A stretch of 64,000 nt of DNA from NCBI RefSeq assembly GCF_006345805.1, contig NC_043019.1, forward strand, positions 27,837,360-27,901,359, in the 5' to 3' direction. This DNA comes from Octopus sinensis. Its lineage: Eukaryota. This document shows, one piece after another, positions 53,295 through 64,000 of the stretch (position 1 is the stretch's first letter; each line of letters begins with the position of its first letter). The notes under the pieces are model-generated. The model had not been told where the DNA came from, searched no databases, and was given only the letters and a program-made list of their open reading frames with translations. A program made the position numbers and the translations under genes.

Positions 53295-53770
53295 CATCAT
53301 TTAACGTCTGCTTTCCATGCTGGCATGAGTTGGCCGTTTTGACTGAAAACGGGTGAGCTGGGGAGATAGAGTAGGTTCCAGTCTGGTTTGGCATGGTTTC
53401 TACAACTGGATGCCCTTCCTAATGCCAACCACTCCAAGAGTGTAGTGGGTGCTTCTTACATACCACTGGCACGGGTGCCATTGATGTGACACTGGCATCA
53501 GCTACTTGCTCGAATGGTGCTTATGTGCCACCGACATGAGTGTCAGTCAACCAGTATTGACATCAGCCATGGCTACGATTTCACTTGGTTTGACAGCTTT
53601 TCTCATACCGGTGATTTTAACATACCGGTTACATGTCACTGACATCAGCCACGACTTTGATCTCACTTGGCTTGATGAGTCTTCTCAAGCATAGCATATC
53701 ACCAAAGGTCTTTGTCATTTGTCATTGCCTCTGCAAGGCCCAACATCCAAAGATCATGCTTCACCACCTT
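53295..53770 (-). mobile_element. RTE LINE 3' end (ORF end, 3' UTR and (GAT)n tail)
   Basis: VVKHDLWMLGLAEAMTNDKDLW then the family-D UTR. Confidence 0.7.
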
Positions 53771-54575
53771 AAATTTTCAGGACGTGGCACAATGGATAGC
53801 AAATATTTAGGTCACAACTAAATATTGCAAAGTACACTTCCATCATTGCACTTATTATATATTGTCTTAACTCTTTGAATGTAGAAAACAGAAATATCCT
53901 CTCAAAATTTTATTTCCTTAAATACAGAAAGTGGTTTTCACCAATGGCTTTGAAAAATCCCTTCCTTATGCTGCAAGAAGCATAATGTAATATTTCAGAT
54001 TTCCTTAATTTTTTCACATATTTCAGGAAATATTTTTTTACGGAGGAAAAATCAAATACTTTTCGTAGTGGATATCAAGACTGTATCTCCTACAGGAGAT
54101 ACTGTAAAATACTGGTGGACAAACAACATCATTACGAGAAAGGCCATCAAATTTAATTGCGCAACCAAAGCGTTAAATGCCTTCATAGAGAGAGCTCCCC
54201 ATGTAATTCCAAGGATAAGGTAATAGCCAACAAAGGATGATGTACAAGTGCTAGGTTAATTCTTTTTCGAAAGACATTAACGATATTGATCTATTTGAAT
54301 GTAATAACATCTGCTGTAACGAATCAACTGAAACAAAACCGCTAGGCTTGGAAAACAATGAGAAGCAAGTCTCATCAGCTAGGGCTAGTCTTACGAAGGG
54401 AAGTAAATCAGTGAGAGTAAATAACTAAGTTACCGTTCTTAATAATGCTCTCCCTTACACTTTCTCTCTCTCTCTTATTCCTTCTCTGTCTTTCTCCTAT
54501 TCTATCTATCTTTCCCTCTCTCTGTCATTATCTCTCTGTTTCTTTTTTGCTTTCACATGACATAATCCTGGCAAA

Positions 54576-54656
54576 ATGGCGCCTCCGATGACACCTCCCA
54601 CTGTTGCTGGGAGCAGTGGTCCGGCTTCAGACTCGAGCCAGCAACTGTCCAGCACG
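54576..54656 (+). CDS. WASHC2: WASH complex subunit 2 (FAM21), probable coding exon 1
   Basis: gcaaaATGGCG start, MAPPMTPPTVAGSSGPASDSSQQLSST, donor ACG|gtaaat phase 0; assigned by position and phase, not homology. Confidence 0.68.
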
Positions 54657-55955
54657 GTAAATATCGATTCTTTTCTTTCATTCAACAATTCTTTGATTCT
54701 GCTTTCTGGAATTTACCGTTGTTTCATGTCTACTGATGTAAATATCAAAAGCTGTGCGGATGTATATACAACAAGCTCAACTGCCAACCAGCTTATTATA
54801 GACTCACCGTTTATTGACCAGATGACCAACACATCAACTTCTCAACAGCCATAGACGTTTTCTTATATTAATCTTATATTGTTACACTGCCGTAACACAA
54901 AGAAACAAATAATGTTTTCATAGCAAAGCCTCTGAAAGCCTCCTTTCTCAACAGTCCGTCGTTTCACCTCCTTTAACTTTCATTCATCGTTTTTGTTTGT
55001 GTTATGAAATGACAGCAAACCCCCCATTTTTAGGATCCACCCACTGCTGTGTCTCTGTGATATTCTGTGGGGGGGGGGGGTTAATGTTAATATACATACA
55101 TACGTACACGCACACACATACAGTAAAGCTGCAAAATTATCCCTTAACTGTTACTCAGAGTTTCACGTTCCCTTTCGTCAGACAGTTACTCTATTTTCCA
55201 CCTTGTTTTGCCTTTATGTGCTCACGTGTGTGTGTGTGTATGCAGTAACCATGGGAGTACTCTCCTTTATTAATTATACTAAATGTCCTGTATTCAGTAC
55301 TTCTTCATAAATTCAGACGTGTATATATAAACATTAAACAACCGTATATCACGCATTTGGAAGTTAATATAATGTTGACGTCCCACAGGCAAGCCTTCCG
55401 TGTTTTCTATCCAAACTGCTGTTTAACCCAATATTTGCACGCCGTCATTTATAGCTCTTCCACTTCGAGTTAAATAATTAAAAACGAAATATATATGTAT
55501 AAAGATATAACGACCTTTACTCTCACTCTCTCTATCTGTTTGTCTGTCTATCTATCTAAATTATCTTCTAAACAATTTTTGTTCAAAACATACGACCACT
55601 TGGTGTGTGGCGAATCGAGTGTTCTCGTAGCAAGACATTAACTTCACAACTTCCTGCTTTACATTTTACACGTTTATTTATATTGCCGTGCTTCTTTCAT
55701 CCATAAAAGTCTTTAAAATATTTCCCTGTTATGTTGTTATCTAGCTCCAGACCAGCCTTATTCAAAACCTATTTATCTGTGGCTACCTTGTGTTTTTGTT
55801 TGTCAAAGATTTACTGTTTGTCGCAGGTCGATTGACTACCCCAAATTTCCGTCCATTGGCTGTCAACACCACCCCTCTCGATACCAGTTATGCATTGGTG
55901 ATAGATACTTCAATAACCAATACATAACCGATAATGTTTCCAGTACTGGAAACAA

Positions 55956-56164
55956 CCCTTTTGTTACCATATTTCTGTTGAGATGCTCTGTGTTTCTTTC
56001 AATTAATTTTGAATATAACTAAAAATTTAGTAAAATAACTTAGTTATCATCATTAAGCTAGTGTTAGGAATATAAATTGTGACTAAGGTTTGATGAAAGA
56101 TTTTAATTCAGAACTTTTTGAAAACAAGACATTTGTACTACAGAGCCAGGTGGTATCAAAAGGG
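55956..56164. mobile_element. piggyBac-like MITE (CCCTT TIR, TTAA at right end); half copy at about 57525-57638
   Basis: CCCTTTTGTTACC ... GGTATCAAAAGGG|TTAA. Confidence 0.65.
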
Positions 56165-56689
56165 TTAAAAGGCAAAAATTGATCAACACAAAAACTTAGC
56201 AGAATTTAGTTACATCAGTTTGTTCTGAGATCAAATCCTACCATAGTCAACTTCACCTTTCATTTTTCCATTGTGTTTAAATGAGTACCAGCCAATTTGA
56301 TCAATTTAATCAGCAATTCCCTTTCCTCTCTTAAAATTTATAGACTTGAACCTACATGGGAAAATGTTGTTAGTGTTATTATAGGAAGTTGATAAGAAGG
56401 TGAGCTTGCTAGACAAAATGCTTTGTGACATTTTGCTGTTAATGGGCATTTTGCCCATTCTGAGTTCAAATTCCTCCTTTCATCTTTTCAGGGTCAATAA
56501 AATATGTACTAGTTGCACACTGCGGTCATTGTAATGACTTACCACCTCCCCTGAAACTGCTGGCAATGTACCAAAATTTGAAAGCATTATTATAGGAAGT
56601 CAATGAGATGCCAGTGCTTGAAGCAAGGGTGCATCCATGATATCCTGTTACATATAGGGAGGCAGAAGACAGTGTTTGTAATCAGAAAG

Positions 56690-57020
56690 CTATATTCTGC
56701 ACATGTCTGAAGAAGTAGCAGACCATTGATGTTGCAGCTACCTTCACCATGTTTTCCAGTCAATCCTTTCCAGGAGAGGCTACCACAGCCAACTCTTGCA
56801 TTGAAATCAAGAAAATAATGAGTTTTTCTGAAAACAGCAGCAGCAAGACAATGTTCAAGTCTTCATAGAACTTGTTCTTGGTTTCATTTGGACTAATCAT
56901 AATGGGAGCATCGATGATGAACTTCTTCACACATGAAGCAGATGGCTGAGGAGAGAGGCAAGTAGCAATCAGCCATCTGTAAGGCTATGCAAATCTGTGA
57001 AGCCAACAGGATTGTTGCAG
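56690..57020 (-). pseudogene. Decayed RTE apurinic endonuclease fragment
   Basis: IIDAPIMISPNETKNKFYEDLN..EKLII (cf. AYAPT..PDE.K.KFYEDL). Confidence 0.65.
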
Positions 57021-57116
57021 CTGAGCAACACAGTTAAGATCAGAAGCCATGAGAGCCACTGCCTGGTACTGCATCATGGCATTATTATTGCTATTATTAT
57101 TATTATTATTTAGGCA

Positions 57117-57403
57117 CTATCCGACTCGTGGCCGATGCCAGCGCCGCCTCGACTGGCCTCCGTGCCGGTGGCACGTAAAATACACCAATCCGACCGTGGC
57201 CGTTGCCAGCCTCGCCTGGCACCTGTGCAGGTGGCACGTAAAAAGCACCCACTACACTCACGGAGTGGTTGGCGTTAGGAAGGGCATCCAGCTGTAGAAA
57301 CACTGCCAGATCTGACTGGCCTGGTGCAGCCTTCGGGCTCCCCAGACCCCAGTTGAACCATCCAACCCATGCTAGCATGGAAAGCGGACGTTAAACGATG
57401 ATG
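57117..57403 (+). mobile_element. Family D RTE 3' UTR insertion in (TTA)n
   Basis: (GAT)n tail; near-identical flanks TTATTATTATTTA(G/A)GCA. Confidence 0.8.
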
Positions 57404-57674
57404 ATTATTATTATTATTTAAGCAGTGAACTGGCAGAATCATTCACATGCTGGACAAAATGCTTAACAGCATTTTACTTGTCATGTTCTGAGTTCAAATT
57501 TCATCAAGGCTAACTTTGCCTTTTATCATAAATTGTGACTAAGGTTTGGTAGATTTTAATTCAGAACTTTTGGAAACAAGACATTTGTACTCAGAGCCAC
57601 AGCCAGTTTCAGCTGGGTTGGTAACGAAAGGGAGCTTGAGACTGATATGGGGAAGGGATTGTTTCAAACATGAT

Positions 57675-58057
57675 CTGGGAAGCACTTCGTCGGTTACGAC
57701 GACAAGGGTTCCAGTTGATCCGATCAACGGAACAGCCTGCTCGTGAAATTAATGTGTAAGTGGCTGAGCACTCCACAGACATGTGTACCCTTAACGTAGT
57801 TCTCGGGGATATTCAGCGTGACACAGAGAGTGACAAGGCCGGCCCTTTGAAATACAGGTACAACAGAAACAGGAAGTAAGGGTGAGAGAAAGTTGTGGTG
57901 AAAGAGTACAGCAGGGATCACCACCATCCCTGCCGGAGCCTCGTGGAGCATTAGGTGTTTTTGCTCAATAAACACTCACAACGCCCGGTCTGGGAATCGA
58001 AACCGCGATCCTACGACCGCGAGTCCACTACCCTAACCACTGGGCCATTGCGCCGCC
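57675..58057 (-). mobile_element. Full-length family B SINE, young, 13-bp TSD
   Basis: TSD TTTCAAACATGAT (57662-57674, 58058-58070). Confidence 0.92.
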
Positions 58058-59320
58058 TTTCAAACATGATATTCCTCAACAGAAGATAGACTGATATGTA
58101 ATATAAAACTGTTCCCCACATTTAAGAGCAATGAAAATTTGTGCAGATACATCTGATTTCTGCAGTAAAAAGGTTAAACCAAGAGACAGATTTACCGTCC
58201 TCCAAGAATAAGAAAGGGCTTGGCTCTCTGACAGGCTTCCACATAGTTTCCATCTCATCATTTCTGTTAAAAGGCTATGGTCGACCTGAAGCTATGGCAG
58301 AAAATACCCAAGATACTACACAGGAAGAAGCTCAGAATTTCAAAATAAAATTCTTAACCAAAAAGCTATGCTTCCATCCACTTTGGGTTACAACTAAGCA
58401 CCCAACAGCCACCCTCAGTGTTCTTCATCTGTTTTAAGTTACCCGAACCATTAATCACACCATTAGTCTGCCGTTAGCTCTTATCACAGAAAATGAGTGT
58501 GTTATCAGTTACTTTTGCTCTTTCACATTTCACTTGCCTAAATTAGATCATCATTACACTAATTAGCATATCGTTATCTATCAACTTTATCTATTAAATC
58601 TCCCAATGATTTAATCATCATCATCATCATCATTGTGTCATTTGAAATTTCATGTTGCTCTAAAATGGATAAACCACTGATGGCTCAAAGGTCTGCAGAT
58701 GCATATTAAGCTACACTACAAGAATACGCAATCATAAAGTCACAAGTTCAAATCTCACATTTACACCCATTCTGTTTATAGCTCCTTCAGAACTTTGGAT
58801 ATATTTCTATTTAAATAGAATCACCTCTAGAGTTCTGTAGGCTCTATAATCATAATGGACACAGACATGAGATTCGATTAGGTAGATTTATACTGGACAA
58901 CCTTTCAGTCTTTGGCTATAGTGATATCAAGACTTTTGTAACTTGCTTTTGGTTTGCTTGTTTTTTTGGGGTTTTTTTTTGTTGTTTTTTTTTACTATAT
59001 TTCTAATGAAATACATTACCTGTGATTCTTATTGAAATAACCTAACTTTATAATTAATCTGGTGTTTAAGGTGTTGAGCTGGCAGAATCGTTTCCACACA
59101 GGACAAAATGCTTAGCAGCATTTCTTCTAGCTTTCTGTTCTGAGTTCAAATGTCATCGTGCTCAATTTTTGCCTTTCAGCTTTTTGGGGCTCAATAAAAT
59201 AAGTACCAGTCAATCACTAGGGGTTGGTGTGATCACCTAGCCTTCTCCCCACCAAAAATTTCAAACCTTGTGCCTAAAATAAAAAGGATTATTAAATCTG
59301 GTGTTTGAAACATAACTAAA

Positions 59321-59530
59321 CCCTTTAGTATTTAAAACAACCATATCCGACCCAAATATTCTACATGTTTTATGTTCAAATGGCCTGATCCAGCCTCTCA
59401 CACTTACACTACAATGTCAATGTAAAAATAGTCACATCATCAAAATCTCAAAGCTTCAAGATGCATAATTAATTCAAAACAATGTGAATAAGTATGTATT
59501 ACATTTGACAGTAATCTGAATGCTAAAGGG
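59321..59530. mobile_element. Second piggyBac-like MITE
   Basis: CCCTTTAGTAT ... ATGCTAAAGGG with degenerate TTAA flanks. Confidence 0.55.
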
Positions 59531-59581
59531 TTAGTAAAATGTTCAGACATAAAATTCCAATGCAAAATGTTTAATTTATAT

Positions 59582-59839
59582 CAGCGGTTCTCAACCAAGG
59601 TCCACATGGCCCTTGTGGGGTCCATATAAGATTTTGTTGTTAAAATTTATTTGCAATAAACTGGTTATACTTTTGCAGTACACAAAATATTTTAACAACT
59701 TTTTTACACAATTCCTTATATTTAATTATTAAAATATAATAATGGGATTTTTTTTAAAACATCAAATGGCTATGAGGGTCCAGTAGCATAAAATATTAAT
59801 CAAAGGGGTCCATAAGCAAAAAGTGGTTGAGAATCACTG
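59582..59839. mobile_element. hAT/Charlie-like MITE, monomeric form
   Basis: CAGCGGTTCTCAACC ... GGTTGAGAATCACTG. Confidence 0.75.
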
Positions 59840-60025
59840 TCTAAATTTTAGACAGTAACAATTCAAAATTGTTGTGCACAGAAAAAGCCAAGTCAGTTCC
59901 AAGTTGCTTGATATGAAAACTGTTAAAGACTAACCTGGAGATATTAATGTCCACAGATAAGCATATAAAATATCAGATGAGATGTAGGACAAAGGTTCAC
60001 TTTTCTGTTTTGGTTTTTGTTGCAG

Positions 60026-60127
60026 AATGATGATTCCAGTGTTGGCCCAAAGGTGTGGGAGCGACCTTGGACTATTGAGGAAATCAAAGCTGCTGCAGGA
60101 AAATGGTCCCTTGCTGGTGATGCTGGT
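60026..60127 (+). CDS. WASHC2: WASH complex subunit 2, exon 2
   Basis: ttgcag|NDDSSVGPKVWERPWTIEEIKAAAGKWSLAGDAG|gtaaga; matches FAM21 VWERPWSVEEI..WSLAADAG. Confidence 0.95.
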
Positions 60128-60357
60128 GTAAGAATTAAATTTTAATGCCACTCTATTCTTACTTGCTTTCTTTAGTGATCTTTGTTATGTGTGTAAAGAT
60201 TAATACTTAGTACTGATATCTCTGTTTAATATGTGTTTAAAGATAATATGTGGTATTATTATCTGTTTGGTGTGTGTGTAAAGATAACACATAATATTGC
60301 TATGTGTGTAAGGATAATATGTAGTATTGATATCTGTATTTAATATAATCTGTAAAG

Positions 60358-60570
60358 ATTAAGGTGGCAGAATTGTTAGCATGCCAGGCAAAATGCTTAG
60401 AGGCATTTCATCTGTCTTTATGGTCTGAGTTCAAATTCTGCTGAGGTTGACTTTGCTTTTCATCCTTTCAGGGTCAATAAAACAAACACCAGTTGAACAC
60501 TGGGGTTGATTTAATTGACTTACCCCTTCTCCCGAAATTGCTGTCCTTGTGCCAAAATTTGAAACCGATT
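60358..60570 (+). mobile_element. SINE family C, CpG-depleted (similar copies at about 56385-56600, 57425-57525, 59073-59290)
   Basis: Collinear with the reverse complement of 44455-44650. Confidence 0.8.
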
Positions 60571-60793
60571 TTTGTGTAAAGATTATAATTTATACTAATG
60601 TTTTTGTTTAATATGCATATAACAATAATATTTAGTATTGATATGTGTGTCTAATATATCGCTAATAAATATTACCACTGTTATAACAGCACCGCCTTTG
60701 CACTGTTATACTGTTGCTATGTTACCATGCTGTAGTACAGCCACTGTACTGTATTACCATACAGTATCCCCTACTCTACAGTATTACCATAGG

Positions 60794-61118
60794 GTGACCC
60801 CCTTCGGTCATGTATGACCATGGGATTGCACCTAGAAAGTTACTCTCCAAGGCACAAGTCTGGGCAAGGTTGTTTATGGAAGACCATGCATACCAACCTC
60901 CCCTCTCCACGCCACTGATGTTATCCAAGGGAAAGGCAAAGGCCAATACAGCTTGGCACCAGTGACATAACTCCTTTCTTCAGCTGAGTGAACTGGAGCA
61001 ATGTGAAATAAAGTGTCTTGCTCAAGAACACAACATGCAGCCCAATCCGGGAATTGAACTCGCAACCTCACAATCATAAGCTCGACGCTCTAACCACTGA
61101 GCCATGTGCCTTCACAAT
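60794..61118 (-). mobile_element. Full-length family E SINE with 13-bp TSD
   Basis: TSD GTATTACCATAGG (60781-60793, 61119-61131). Confidence 0.9.
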
Positions 61119-61271
61119 GTATTACCATAGGAACTTACTTAAATTATGCTTGTTGCTGATCACTGTATGTGTGTGTGATCAGATAATATATTAGTTGATC
61201 TCTGTGTGTGAGAAAAGGAAGAGAGAGAGAGAAAGAAGGAAAGAGAATATTTGTATCTGTTATATACACTG

Positions 61272-61595
61272 TGATGGTGTGTGGCTTATTGGTTAGAGTA
61301 TTCGGCTTACGATTGTAAGGTCTATGGTTCAATTCCCAGTGACAAATTATGTCCTTGAGCAAGACACTTCATTTCATGTTGCCCTAGTCCACTCAGATGG
61401 CAAAAACGAGCCGTGCCTGTAATTCAAGCATCGACTTTGTCACACTCAACGTCATAGTGAGTCTCCCAAACAACTACATTAGGGGTACACGTGTCTGTGG
61501 AGTGCTCAGCCACTTACATGTTAATTTCACTAGCTGGTTGTTTTGCTGATCAGATGAACTGGAACCCTCATTGTCATAACCAACAGACTACCAAT
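61272..61595 (+). mobile_element. SINE family F, old, CpG-depleted
   Basis: Head, CORE and B-type tail. Confidence 0.78.
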
Positions 61596-61706
61596 TCACA
61601 CACACACACATACATGGTAGCTATCAGCAAACTTCAGAAGTAATCCTCTTCTCCACGTTCACCTAACCCACCCTTCTCTCACCAATTATCTTCTTTTTGC
61701 CAACAG

Positions 61707-61799
61707 CTGCTGCTCCATCTGCAGAACTTCTCCCAGACTATTTTATCAAAGACTCATGAGATTGAGAACCAGGTGAACAAACTCGTCAATGAAACTAAG
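61707..61799 (+). CDS. WASHC2: WASH complex subunit 2, exon 3
   Basis: caacag|LLLHLQNFSQTILSKTHEIENQVNKLVNETK|gtacgg; matches FAM21 [31 protein letters not shown]. Confidence 0.95.
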
Positions 61800-62094
61800 G
61801 TACGGTACACACTTAGAGCTTTTCTTTTTGTATTTTGCATTCGGTACTACAATTGTTGTGCCACTGTATTACTGCATTACCATGTTACCAAAGTATGATA
61901 CACACTTGGAGAGGTCTTTTAGTTTCTACTTGCCATACTGTGTACCATTGTACTGTGTAATACAGCTCTGTCACTGTAATGCTGTTGTGTACTGTACTGT
62001 TGCACCAAACTATACTATAACTGTACTACCATACTGTAGTACAGCCACCACCCCTACTCTACTTTATTACCATAAGAACTTATTGTCCATTGCT

Positions 62095-62365
62095 TCAACC
62101 ATGTCTCCATTCTCACTTACCAGTCTCCACTCACATTCAGCAGTCCACATTCTCACACTCACCAGTCCTCATTCTCACACTCACCAGTCTCCACTCCCAC
62201 CAGTCTCCATTCTCACTCACCAGTCTCTACTTACACTTGCCAGTTTCTACTCACACTTAAGCTTCCATTCTCACTAACCAGTCTCCACTCACACTCACCA
62301 GTTTCCATTCTCACACTCTCCAGTCTCCACTCACACTTACCGCACTTCACATCTCAACCAGTGCA
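62095..62365. repeat. About 22-bp minisatellite in WASHC2 intron 3
   Basis: Repeated CAGTCTCCA(C/T)TCACACTCAC. Confidence 0.8.
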
Positions 62366-62398
62366 TATCTCATGTTGTCTTTCTTCTCTCTCCCTCAG

Positions 62399-62470
62399 AG
62401 CACCGGAGTCAAAGTGAATAATGTCTTCAATGATTTCATTATGCTGGCCAACTCACAGTTTGTGGAAAAC
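62399..62470 (+). CDS. WASHC2: WASH complex subunit 2, exon 4 (gene continues beyond the window)
   Basis: cctcag|STGVKVNNVFNDFIMLANSQFVEN|gtaatg; matches FAM21 NVFNDFLMLSNTQFIEN. Confidence 0.95.
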
Positions 62471-63364
62471 GTAATGTATCCTTAATCCCTTAATCTTTTT
62501 CTTAATCTCTTTTCTACTTCTTTTTTTCCTTTATGGACACAGAGGTACATGGAAAAAAACATGCATGCATAATCATCATCATTTAACATCAAAGACAAAG
62601 TATTTGTCAAGAATAGGTTGACTGTGACTTCGAAGTTTCGGCCTGCTTATCCTTCAGCGGACACTGTCCAAAACTTCAAAGTCACTGTCAACATCCCCTC
62701 CTTTCTGTTGAAAGGCACAAGCACTTTCACACACATGTATACACATGACGGGAAGCTCCAACTGCCCAAGTCAATTACAAGGTTTCAGTCTACCTTTTCC
62801 ACAGGTCCCCTCGATATATATGTATAATTTAGTATCCGCCACACTAATAGGAGGTTCCAGAGTTTACAGGATAAATATCAGGATAACATCTAGTTTGACT
62901 TTTGAGTATCAATCAATATTCTTCTTAAATTAAACTGTTTTTTTTATAAACTACAGCAACACATACAAGGCATAGAAACTGCATATGATCTAAAACTCAA
63001 TTATACAGAAAAAAATTCGAATTACCCTCATAAATAAGTTCTTCATACCACATATATTAAATTTAATTGAATTAAATTTAATTTGATGTGTGGTAAGAAG
63101 CTTGCTTCCCAACCATGTGGTTCCGAGTTCAGTCCCTTGTGAGTGGATTTGGTAGACGGAAACTGAAAGAAGCCCATGATTATCATCATCATTGTTTAAC
63201 ATGCATCTTCCACGCATGCATGGGTAGGACAGTTGATGGAAGCTGGCCAGGTAGAAAAAGTACCCTAGGCTATTGTGTCTGCTTTGACAGGGATTTTACA
63301 GCTGGATACCCTTCCTAATAACACATCATATATGTGTGTGTGTATATATATATATATATATGTA

Positions 63365-63812
63365 TCAATGGAAATTGCAGATGTGTTACCAGTGCCGGTG
63401 GCATGTCGAAACTCTACTTGTGAAGACCTGTTGAGGCAAGTGAGGATCAGAATTGAAATCGATCAATGGAAATTGCAGATGTGTTACCAGTGCCGGTGGC
63501 ATGTAAGAGAACCTTCCGTTTCGCAACCGTTGCCAGCGCCGCCCCGACTGGCCTCGTGCCGGTGGCACATAAAAAGCACCATCCGTTCGTGGCCGTTTGC
63601 CAGCTCTGTCTGGCACCTGTGCGGGTGGCACGTAAAAAGCACCCACTACACTCACAGAGTGGTTGGCGTTAGGAAGGGCATCCAGCCGTAGAAACACTGC
63701 CAGATTTGACTGGGCCTGATGAAGCCTTCTGGCTTCACAGACCCCAGTAGAACCGTCCAACCCATGCTAGCATGGAAAGCGGACGCTAAACGATGATGAT
63801 GATGATGATGAT
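63365..63812 (+). mobile_element. Family D RTE 3' UTR copy with internal duplications and (GAT)n tail
   Basis: Collinear with 57117-57403. Confidence 0.82.
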
Positions 63813-64000
63813 ATGTATATATATTTGTGTGTTTGTCCCCTTACCATCACTTGACAACCAATGCTAGTGTGTTTAGGTCCCCATAACTTAGTGGTTCAGA
63901 AAAAGAGAATGATAGAATATGTACCAAGCTTAGAAGAAAATAAGTCCCGGGGCCAATTTGGTCAACTAAAGCTCTTTAAGGTGGTGCTCCAGCATGACCA

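Overview
AT-rich, repeat-saturated animal DNA, most consistent with a coleoid cephalopod (Octopus-like); this is inferred from the SINE types and very high microsatellite load. One host gene is confidently recognisable: the first four coding exons of WASHC2/FAM21 on the + strand (54576-62470, all phase 0), continuing past the window end. The rest is a mosaic of tRNA-derived SINEs in several head/core/tail combinations; decayed RTE, R4/Dong-like, HERO-like, CR1/Jockey-like and Penelope retroelement fragments; Helitrons; mariner, hAT, piggyBac-like and GG-terminated 8-bp-TSD (Merlin-like) MITEs; micro/minisatellites; and one 100-N gap. Almost all ORFs in the supplied track are microsatellite read-throughs. 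Most interesting: (i) a TSD-flanked palindromic insertion of a Pol III tRNA-headed element carrying a Penelope-type minimal hammerhead ribozyme, plus further minimal hammerheads from other repeat families; (ii) a MITE family carrying TTAGGG arrays, one copy with an in-cis fold-back; (iii) a candidate small Cys-rich peptide gene; (iv) a CpG-decay footprint in repeats inside the WASHC2 introns. All alignments and folds were done by eye; SINE family letters A-G are my own labels.
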